DNA of 64,000 nucleotides from Daphnia carinata (Eukaryota): NCBI RefSeq assembly GCF_022539665.2, contig NC_081331.1, positions 5,394,001 to 5,458,000 of the forward strand, read 5' to 3'. Shown piece by piece: positions 41,301 to 51,384 of this stretch (position 1 is its first letter; each line of letters starts with the position of its first letter). The notes under the pieces were generated by a model. It saw only the letters and a program-made list of their open reading frames with translations, ran no database searches and was not told where the DNA came from. The position numbers and the translations under genes were made by a program.

Positions 41301-42982
41301 CCCTCTGTCGCTAGGGCGAAACCTATAGCCGCAGGGAGCCATCAGAAGTTGGGACGCCGGACTGCACAGAGATTGCAGCAGCCCTCGCTCTCAAGCGCTC
41401 GTAGAACGAAGATAAGAGCCGCCTTTTTCATGTTTTGAAGCCACCAGAGCTTTAATTTATTTTTTCTTTATTTTTTTCTCGATCGAAGGAAAAAAAAAAA
41501 AAAAAATTAAAAAAATAAAGAAAAAGCCTGAAGCCATTCCGATGTTGAAGACCCTATAGCCATCAACGCAACTATGTTTCTTCCCCCCCCATTCGTTAAG
41601 ACTTAGAGTCGTAGAGAGGGATAGACGTAAGACCGTTTGAGGGGGGTGGAAGAGTCAAGACGATGAAAAAGTGGAGGATACCGTGTTTTTAGATTATTCT
41701 TCATAACATTTTGATTCTTAACGGGTTTTTTTTTCGGTTGAGAAGCAAGGGGGCGAGAGTACGAACAACATCTCCGCAAGATTTAGGAAAAAAAACCGAA
41801 ATTCTCATCGCATGGCCGTCCGTTTTGTTTCTTTAGCGCTTTCGGCTTTTAACTTAACAACAACGAAAGCGTTTTCTTTCTCCCTCCTCCAACAAACACA
41901 AATTTAATTCTTTTTTTTTCCGTTCCAAAATCTGTTTGAATGCGATTGGCGTCTAATGTTACAGTATACACAATACGCGCAGCGACGTGTCGGATTGAAT
42001 AACAAAATTACATGCCTATAGTGATTTTTTTTTTCTAGACAGTTATTATTATTTTTTTTTTTTTTAATTTCTTGAAATGTGTTCCATCACATCTGATCTG
42101 TCCAAAGTTCACTCGTCCCTCCTTTTCGATTTGAGAGCGGCTTTTTGTGTTGTTGTAACCAGTTGGTGGCAGTCATTTTGCTTCCATAAAAACATGACAT
42201 CGTTTGTAACTTTTAAAAACTACCATTTTCCCACTTGTCTCAATGGCGGGAAATTCTTTTTTCAAAAAATGGTGTGTCCAGGCACAGGAAAATTTTTTTT
42301 GAAAATCAGTTCCATATGCGCGTCTTCTTTAATATTCCATCCGACACTTGAAACGAAGAGATCAGAAAACAACAATAAAGGGACGTGTGTTGGGAGGGGG
42401 GAGCTAGAAATTGAAAAAAAGAGTGAGGCATGGCAAATCTAATTGCAATGGATGTGGTTAATTCTCCGGTACCACTCGACTAAACAGATGCTGCTGCAGA
42501 GCATTGCGGCAAAAAAATTTAAAAATAAATGCCGGAGAGAGAAGTGGTGGGTTATATAGTTTGGCTCCGGCAGCATAAAAGCATAAAAATATGCATCGTC
42601 CAATGGAACAACATCAAACAAGTGACACGAAGTTTTTTTTTTTTTTTTTTACTTGTTTCGCCCTTTATGTTAGGGCTTGCCTTGATTTTTTACGACACAA
42701 ACCTGATGGTATCGAATTTCCCAAGAAAACGTAGAACAAGAAGAACAAGTCCAAGTGTTTTCATTTTGACTTTGTGATGGGCTCTGCATGTGTGGATATA
42801 ATCACTCATTCTCTCAGACGTGTTCCCATAACTTTATTGTATTTATCTATTCGACTCACCCCCATACAGAATTTTATATTGATTTGATGATTGAATTTGT
42901 CATTGATAATATTTTTTTCTATTTGCATTTAAGCTTCGGTATTTTCCTCCAGTTTGGAAATCCCCTAAGGTTTATTGTTCGT

Positions 42983-45265
42983 TTATTCGTTTAGACCGTC
43001 GCGAAGGTCTTCAGTAGATATGATGTGCGAAAAACCAATTGGCTTCAACAAATCCGCATTCATTAAAGTGGCGATGACGGATTTCTTGTTGGCCAAGTTA
43101 AAGAAGCGAACAGCGACTGCGCCATGCTTTTCACTGGTAAAATTGCAAACAAGAGTATACCCATATTGGGTCCAGGTAGGATTTACCATAGGACCCGAGC
43201 TCAGATGTGTAGCTATTTTGATATACTGTTCAGGCGACATGTTATTGTTAGGATTCATTTCCGGAAAATGGGGATGTTTATCGTAGTGGTTTGCTGCCGC
43301 CATGGAATTGCCGAATCTCGGGTTTCCCGTATTGAACGTTTTGCAATCTTTCATGAAATTTTTAAAGCTATTGACAGTGGCATCACTCGTTTGCAGATTG
43401 CTAATAAACTCGTCCGCAACTAGGATCGCGTAAAAATCTTCTGGTTTCATTCCTTCCGGTCTTGTTGGATTAGGATTCTGCATTCTCGAACTTACGGCTG
43501 AGTCCATTTGGCGGAAAGCATACTCTGCCGCATCAGTGAATTCTGTGGCGTTGGAACAACCCGATTTCCTGGCCATTTCCATGGCAACTCTGAACCGATC
43601 AGGATGGTAATTCTTGCCGGCTTGTGCCATTACCTGATGCAGCCTATCCAGTTCATGGGGTTTGAGGTTCTCGAATATATTTTTACCATCTAAATTGACT
43701 TGTGACAGATGCCAGACTCCGAATAGCTCTTGGAGTTGGTTCGTCGCAAAGTGTTGCTGGCTTTCGTGCGTGATTCGGTACTCTTGCCCTATGGCGCTAT
43801 ATATTCTATTGAACTCTGCTTCATCGATCTTGTTGTTCCTTAAGTCCTCGAATATCTCTAATAGTTGATTCTGCTTCTCTTCGCTCATTTGTAGAAACGC
43901 TTCGGAGTCGATGACGACCTCCTCTTTCACGTTCACTTGGTTACCCTCGACCAGTCTGAAAGCGCTGAGGAACTCTTGCTTGTTCTCAATGATTTTGAGG
44001 TCTCTAATGAACTCTTTGTTGTCACGTATCTCTCTTATCTTAGCCGGATCCACCATCTCCTGCCTCGGATGGTATATTTGATCGAAAACGGCTTGCTCTT
44101 CGGTATTAAGAGCACTTCTTATGCTTGCCAGTTCGTCGTGTTGGGTCTCCTTGTCGATGGTGCTTGCCAGTTCGTCGTGTTGAGCTTCGTTGATGATGGT
44201 GCTTGCCGTGTTGGAAGTGATGAGCGAGTGCGTAAAGAAGAAGAGGCTAGTTGTTAACAGGAAAACTTCCAATGGACTGACCTCTTCGTTTTTTTTCAAT
44301 TTCTTAATGACTCTGTCGAACGCGTTGACGACACCCATTCCGCTTGTCGACAACGCCGTGACATTGAGAGCCGAACAAAACGCTCGGGTTCCACTACTGG
44401 CCAGTTCACCAGCTTTTGCCGTAGAGGTCAGAATCTTAGCGCTAGCCATTGCTCCGATGCTGAGCGCTGTAGCAACAGTTGTCAGCCAACAACATCGAGC
44501 ATCTGCAGATACGAATGGGTTGATCGACTGGTCATGTGCACCTCTGTCTATCAGCGTCCCAACGCTTCTTCCGGTTACGTATAGCGCTCCTGGAGCTCCA
44601 GCAATGCTGCTGCCCGCCACAATCCACCACCCGACTGGTGCAGTAAATGGAATGACAGACATAACGACTCCAGCAGCCAAAGCCACACTCGTTGTAACAT
44701 TTGCAACCGTCGACACCTTGTCGAGCGCCTGGAGTACGTTTCCCCGTTCTGATTGGTTGTAGAACTCGATTTCTACTGAATTCTCATTCGAAAACGTGTA
44801 CTCGGCATTTTTCGGAACACAGATCCACCATCCGTTGAACATGTTGTTCGCCAAAAAGTTTTCGTACCCTTCATACACACGCCCGTAATGGTCGATAAAG
44901 TAAGACAATCCTGTTTTAATTCCATCACCACGCTTTAGCCTGATGAGCGGAGCAACTCTTTGCTGTCCTTCGCTGTTGTATGCGCATACGAAAATCATGG
45001 CGATGTAAACGTCCTTCCATCCTTGCTTCTTGCAGTACTCGATACATTTCCCTTTTATTTCTGAAATGCCTTCCACCTGATCCTTAGTATATCCATAATT
45101 TTCAGTCCGATTTGTTGACGAGGGCGGACCTGCGATGGCGAACGCAATTTTCTTCCAGAGGTACTCGTCGTGTTCGGGTATACTATATTTCTCCCATTTT
45201 CTATCCCCCATACAAATTGCGAATTCCTGTTGGGTGTATTGCGCTGTAGTCCTCCACTTTTCCAT
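42983..45265 (-). CDS. Intronless 760-aa DUF4781-like protein with central hydrophobic helices and a C-terminal toxin-like (RNase-type) module
   Basis: Uninterrupted 2283-nt ORF. The N-terminal PLIRL...YFIDHYGRVYEGYENFLANN...ICVPKNAEY and GRSVGTLIDRGAHDQSI...ARCCWL segments fit my recollection of DUF4781. The C-terminus reads AANHYDKHPHF...SPEQYIKIA...VIATLM. Confidence 0.8.
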   Translation of the reverse strand: MEKWRTTAQYTQQEFAICMGDRKWEKYSIPEHDEYLWKKIAFAIAGPPSSTNRTENYGYTKDQVEGISEIKGKCIEYCKKQGWKDVYIAMIFVCAYNSEGQQRVAPLIRLKRGDGIKTGLSYFIDHYGRVYEGYENFLANNMFNGWWICVPKNAEYTFSNENSVEIEFYNQSERGNVLQALDKVSTVANVTTSVALAAGVVMSVIPFTAPVGWWIVAGSSIAGAPGALYVTGRSVGTLIDRGAHDQSINPFVSADARCCWLTTVATALSIGAMASAKILTSTAKAGELASSGTRAFCSALNVTALSTSGMGVVNAFDRVIKKLKKNEEVSPLEVFLLTTSLFFFTHSLITSNTASTIINEAQHDELASTIDKETQHDELASIRSALNTEEQAVFDQIYHPRQEMVDPAKIREIRDNKEFIRDLKIIENKQEFLSAFRLVEGNQVNVKEEVVIDSEAFLQMSEEKQNQLLEIFEDLRNNKIDEAEFNRIYSAIGQEYRITHESQQHFATNQLQELFGVWHLSQVNLDGKNIFENLKPHELDRLHQVMAQAGKNYHPDRFRVAMEMARKSGCSNATEFTDAAEYAFRQMDSAVSSRMQNPNPTRPEGMKPEDFYAILVADEFISNLQTSDATVNSFKNFMKDCKTFNTGNPRFGNSMAAANHYDKHPHFPEMNPNNNMSPEQYIKIATHLSSGPMVNPTWTQYGYTLVCNFTSEKHGAVAVRFFNLANKKSVIATLMNADLLKPIGFSHIISTEDLRDGLNE
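44122..44207 (-). repeat. In-frame 39-bp (13-aa) tandem duplication in the 760-aa ORF
   Basis: TGCTTGCCAGTTCGTCGTGTTG at 44122 and 44161, with a partial third copy at ~44200. Protein: ASTIINEAQHDEL-ASTIDKETQHDEL-ASI. Confidence 0.9.
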
Positions 45266-45380
45266 GGCGTTGCAAATTTGAGGCGGCGATGTAAAAAAAA
45301 TATTTCTTTTTGTTTCGTTGTTTTTGTTCTCTGTATTCTGAAATGCTGAAGAAAAACGCAGCTTTTCTAACCATACGTTT

Positions 45381-46037
45381 TCAGTACCACCAGGTGTGGG
45401 TGTGTGGAACGCCCACGGGTTTCGTTAAGTCAGCCGGAGAGTGAGGAACAGATTCTAGGCTTGTGACAGGGTTGTCTTTCCAGTTGCTAAGTTCTTCGTC
45501 CAAAGTCTGCAAGCTCTCTGATTCTTCGATGAGTTTGAATGAGTGTTCCAGTACTTCGTCGTCGTTTACCGGGAAACTGTTGAACGTGTCGAAAAGGAAT
45601 TGAATCCCTGATCGCAAAATAAGATAATAACGACCACGATCTGGATCAAAACGTAAACCGAGATCGAACAAGAAATGTTCCAATGGCGGAAGGATTTCTT
45701 TTAGTAGAGGTCCAATGGTGGCACGCTCCTCTGTCGTTAGTTCTTGTCCAGTTATCCCGAGGTTGTAGATGATTATAAAAATGTTTTCTGACAACTTATT
45801 TTGACTAACAAGTGTTAAACGTCCTGTTTCGTTTTTTAGTTTAGTTGCAGTAACTACTAAATTGTGGACTAACCTGTTCATAATACGAGAATCCTCGATC
45901 GAATCGCCAATACCTTTTTTTTTTGCAATTACACAATAAATTTGTTTAAGGATGAAACCACAAGTGGTAAATTTGATTTCTAAAGCTCACAAATTAGAGC
46001 AATCGAAAAAGAACGTGAATTTCAAAGGAGGGAGCAT
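45381..46037 (-). CDS. Small acidic protein (~170-180 aa, three exons) ending in GVPHTHTWWY; candidate immunity/partner protein
   Basis: Exon 1 46037-45991 (MLPPLKFTFFFDCSN+TT, donor GTGAGC). A 77-nt intron follows. Exon 2 45913-45874 (G+YWRFDRGFSYYEQ, donor GTTAGT) is phase-matched to exon 1. Exon 3 lies within ORF 45381-45881 (YYLILRSGIQFLFD...LQTLDEELSNW...PVGVPHTHTWWY), but its acceptor is ambiguous. Confidence 0.7.
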
Positions 46038-49000
46038 TGTAACGCAATACTTTGTATTATAGACTACATCGTAACGCTACATGCATATCTTATCGCATTT
46101 TTCTTGCTGATAATAGATAGAAAAAAGTAAAGGTGAGTTTACAGAGCCAACAGCGTTAAGCAATGGAAATACACATTGCGTAAATTTTTGGAAGAAGCGT
46201 AAAAAAAATCAAGTTTTAATTGTTTTCGCAAGTTAAAGTACGGCTTCTGTTAAGATGTCTTTACTCTATGGCGTTGGCTTAACATTTTTTAAAAATATTG
46301 TTTGCATACACATTTTCGTTACGGTATTTCACTATAGATGAGAAATGCACCCATGTTTACGTTTTAGGTTTACTGAACGCATCACCTCAACAGAATTCGT
46401 AATATAAAGAATTACATTTATACATCTGTGTATGTACTGTAGTTCCCCAGCTGATGGACAATTTTGCGGTAGTTTTTGGGTGGTGGAGCTTCTTGGGTTT
46501 GGCACCAAACATCCTGGTGCAGCGTTATCAACCTGACAAGTGTGAGGTATTAAGCCCTGCAGAATGTCAGGTTTACTTATGTATGTTCAATAAGCGCATA
46601 AACGGTACATTGAATACATCGCAGTATTTAACGCTCTGAAATGACCTTTTTTATTGGTTGAAGTGGTTCTCGAATGATTTGCACTGCGAACTTTGAGTTG
46701 AGACGTCATTGCCCGCGCAGAAATATGAAAGTCTTGCCTCACTGGGGCGTCTTTTGAATCGAGTGACAAACATTTCCTCGCAGCCACGATATGGCACTAT
46801 CTTATACAGTGTACGCATATGTACAGTACATAAAATATAGAGCGTTTTTACTTTTATGGCATCGCGACGTTCTTTTTTCCGGGACGGAAGATTTGAAAAC
46901 AAAAAACTTGCCTAACCAAATATGCACGAAAATCAAAAATGGAAGTTCTAACGTTGAATGACTCGTCACTAATCAAATGATTGATTTCACTTCACTGGAA
47001 AAATGAAAATGAAGAAAAAAAAAATCAGGTACAATCAACAACAATCTTTTTGTTCACTCATCATTGGCTGTAGTAAATGCAATAAAGTCTGGAACCCCCC
47101 CGCGCATAACTCCTTGTCCAGCAACGAAAAGAAGTTAAAAGAAAAAGAACCTCTTTTTCGAAGACACACACCGTCAGCACCCTTGTTTTTTTTCAGTTCG
47201 GTCTGGAAAAGAAAGAAAAACCTTGTGTCCAGTGCCCTGTTGAAACCCCTGCTGGTCAGTGAATGGGTGGTAGGTCCCATTATTTGGTGTGTCTCTTCGA
47301 AGCCGGGCCTTTCATCCTGTTCGGACCTAAAGAAAAATAGCGAGCCACATCACCATTCAACCAATAGTTTTGAAAGAAGAGGACACCCCTCTCTCAAAAA
47401 AAAAAAAAAAAAAAAAAAGGAAAAGCAGACAATGTATTTTGTCAAGAAAATGTTTACGACTCTCCGTGTCTCTTCTTCGAACTTTGGATTCTTAGATTTT
47501 TTTAGGGACGTCGTCTCCGGTGTCGGGCGTTTTATATTCTCGAAGACTAGAGGACACATCAAAAACTGTTTTGATGTGCCATTCGCAAGAGGCAAAAAAA
47601 AAAATGTTATGCTATTGCTTCTTTACTTGTATAGTTGCTGTGATCATAAATTATACGCAAGGCGAAAACTCTTCGCTTTGCATGAGCAGCAAACCCATTG
47701 AATGTTTCACAAAAGAGGCACCTAACACGGACAAGTCTTTCCCCCCCTCTACATTTTTGTGCTTGTTAAATTGTAGACTTTTTTTTTCTTGAATATTTCT
47801 GTCCCGGCGCCTTGAAAAAAAGAAAATTCTAAACATCTCGCCCCTTTTTATTATATCCTCCCCCATTTTTTTCGAACTCTTCAAAAGAAAAAGGGGAGAC
47901 CCCAACGTGAATTGACGGGAACGTATAAATATTGATACTTTCGTTCTTCCCTATACGTGAGTTTAGGTATATACCAACTTTTAAAAATAAAAAAAAAATG
48001 CTTATTTAGTCGTGTGCGTCTGGACACCGGGAAACCAGTCGATTCCAGCATGACTCCTCTTTTCTTTAGCCTTTCAAAGTTTTCTTTCCCTTCCGGGGAC
48101 CTTATATATATATTTGGGTCGTGCAGAAGAGAGAGGGGGGGTATGGCATAACAAACGGAGTCTGAACGGTGGAGTATTTTACACCCAAAAAAAAAGCGAC
48201 GACTTGTTTATTTCACGACCTTCCCACATATATACGCCCTCACGAAGAAGTCGAGTCTATGGGGCGCTAACACGTGCGTAGTGTTAGCGAACGTTGTTTA
48301 TGAAATCGAACGAAGAGGGCAAATGGTAGAGGTTAAACACGCGCCATTTGGCCATTACCTCACGAAATGTCCCAAGTTTTTCTTTTTCTAATAACGTAAT
48401 CATTTACAAGGTACGTATATAACTGTGTGGCTTTCATAATACGAATAGAAATAAAAAATGGGGACATTGTATAGTTAGATAAACATCGATTATAAGGAAC
48501 TTTCTCTTGCCCATAAGTGATGGACGTAATGCAGCGATGGCCATTGTCATTCTTTAATAGTCTGCCTGTACACACACATATATATATATATATATACATA
48601 CTTTTTTGTGTTATTCGCCATTCAGGCGATCAGTGCGCATAAAGTGGCATTCCAGTGATAGCGCATCAAAATGGCCGGCTGCCAATCCAACGACAAAACA
48701 ACGGCACTACATCAAAAAGGAAAAGATACATTTTTTTTGTTGTTGTTGTTTAGTAATGCGATGAAACATGAACGTGACTGCCTCGCCCGTCAAGACAAAT
48801 GTCAGTTCGAGTTATGAATTATTTTGTGTCTGGTAAATTCACGGGATGTAAAAAAAAAAAAAAAAAAAAATAGATAAAAAAAATATTGTGTTTAAGACTG
48901 GAACATGGAATAGTGGTTAGAAAAAACGATGCTGGTTCAAATGGGGTTATAGATAAATTTTTTATTCGAATGTCCGGTGTGTATTACATGTCGGCTCATT

Positions 49001-50828
49001 ACAATAGTCGGCCTATTTGTAGGCATTTTGGGTGTCTACTTCGATCATCTACGATTTGAATATTTTTTGGAATGAATTTAGTTTTTTTTTTTTTTTATCA
49101 TTTCTTCAGTTTGGATGGGTTATACCACATTACATGGTCTTCTATCCCCCCCCCCCCTTTCGAATGATGGATCGTCTTGTAGCGATTTAGGTATATGTAT
49201 AAAAACGAAAAGAGAAAAGAGCCCCAAACGAAAAAGAGATTGAGAAAAGGTGACTGAGAGCTTATATGGTGGCATCATTTGGCATTTGATGGATCGATTT
49301 GTACTACCACAAACTCTTAAGAGCGCATGTACTATGAAACGAACAATCGAGTGTAGAAGAAAAACGGTCGGCAAAAGCTCTTTACTAAAAATTATTATTC
49401 AAGTCCAACTGACGTTGAGATGAACTCTCTTTTTTCCCAGCAATTCTTTTCGGGTTTTTTTTTTTTTCTTATTTTCCATCAACGATACAGACACACTAAA
49501 AGAGCCGGAGAAAGCGGACTGGCGTTATCGGACAGTTCAAGAAAAAGTGCATCGACAAAACAGAGCAGCAAAAAAATAAAAGGGAAACTGATAAATTCTT
49601 TTTTTTTTTTGAAGACTGGAACGAACAAAACAAAAGACTCTTTCAGGAAAAAGGGGGGCATGCTTTTGCTGTGACACAAGATCGTGTCAATATTTGTCAC
49701 TGTATAGTCTAGTAAGAAGCCAATATCTTTTCAGTTGTAAGTCACAGATTTCTGTGTCTTGTAGTTTTTTGACTTGCGACTCTCATAGCCCCGAAATGCA
49801 TTGGAACAAAATGGCCTTTTTTCCTCCACTCCGACGAGACGTCTGCCAGGCGCCTTCTTGACCATTCTCCCTTCTTTTCTATTCTATTCATCGACTTGAG
49901 TCTCAACAGAAAAAAAAGTCCTCCCCCCTCCCCCTCATCTCGTGTTGTTGGCTCTTATCTTTCCCTCTTTTCACCTGACCAGTGTGCCTATACAAACACA
50001 AATAGTGTGTGTGCACTATATTTCTGAAAAAAAAAAAAATTGTAGAAGGCAAGAAGAAATAAACATATCTGTACAATGTACATACACACACGCTGTTGTA
50101 GACACGAGAAAAGAAAAGAAGTGTTCCAGTTGATAGGCATCTGGTGGGGGCCTTTTCTTATAAATGAAGCCACATGAGCCTCTCGCAACGTCTTTGGTTT
50201 ATTGAAAATGCTCATTTTTCTCTCGCCCAGTTATTGTTATTGAACATCGTTATTCCTACCTTCTGGTCCAGTTTTTTTTTTTTCCAAAATCCCCGCCACG
50301 TTTAAATTGAATCCGTTTGACTGTTCAGTCCAATCCACGTTATCTCTAACGTTTTCTCTTGTTGCTGTTTTTTAACGGTATATTATACGTTATCTTAAAA
50401 AACATGTACAATATCTAGCTGCCTATACTCTTCTTTCATTTTTGATTTCACTGGTGAACTGGTTTTCTTATTAAATTTTTGAGTTAATGAGAATGCAAGA
50501 AGCCCCTAACTGATACACGGCCGACTTTGATTAAAATCCATGTTTTACGCAATCGGTAGATTGCAAACAGCAAAACTATTTGAATTTATTATGAAATATT
50601 TGTGTGCCTTTTGATTGCCACTGTGAAGAATGGCGAAATGTTTTACGATTGTTTGGGCTCGGCACGTCGTTCCGAAATTATGAGAAAGGCAATTGGCGAT
50701 GTGTGTTGTTGAGAGAACGCCACCAGGATAGAACAAGGTCTTCTTCGCCATAATTCGAAACGACGGCAAGCATATAATAATGAAAACAAATCACGAAATT
50801 GGCCTAGAAATGGACGCCAAACAATCAT

Positions 50829-51384
50829 ATGCAAATGAGTCGGTATTTTCGAGGAAAGAAAAAAATACAACAGGAGGCGAAAGACGAAGGAAGGTGTGCG
50901 TGTGTACATATAATCTTGGGCGATATGCACTTACGGATGGAAATCATCCGAATATGCACATATGCGATTGGTCTGGAACAAACAACAATTGATGCCTGCA
51001 CAGATTGGTATAATGTGACTATTACTGGATACCGGCGCGCTCAGCCAAAGCTGTTCCTATACAGACGAGATCTTGAACACAAAAAGAAAAAAATGGGCGT
51101 CCTCAAATGAATATGCAAATTCTAATCATTGGAAATTAACCTGTCGCTGATGACGGCCTTGCGCTGTTCGCTTTTTCATTGCCGACTCTCTTCCGCGGCT
51201 TATTTTTATTTTTATTTTTTTTAAATCAACGACTGACATTCTTGATCAATCTTGAAATTGCGCATGACCGGAAGGGCATATTCACAGTTGTTGTTGGCCA
51301 ACCATCGGATTGAGTTGTGCCAAAGATAAATATCGACTGCTCGCTAATGAGAAATCGCGCTAGCCTTCCGGCTTTGCATATTCA
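50829..51384. promoter_or_regulatory. Cluster of POU/octamer-like motifs; candidate enhancer
   Basis: ATGCAAAT at 50829, GAATATGCA at 50950, TGAATATGCAAAT at 51108, and reverse-strand GAATATGC at 51276 and 51373. Confidence 0.35.

Noticed and set aside
13700..42900. Numerous short ORFs rich in poly-Phe/poly-Lys
   Set aside because: They are translations of A/T homopolymers in introns and intergenic DNA, with no coding signal.
42983..45265. Transposon or viral origin of the intronless 760-aa ORF
   Set aside because: No RT, integrase, transposase or capsid motifs, and no terminal repeats seen in the flanks.
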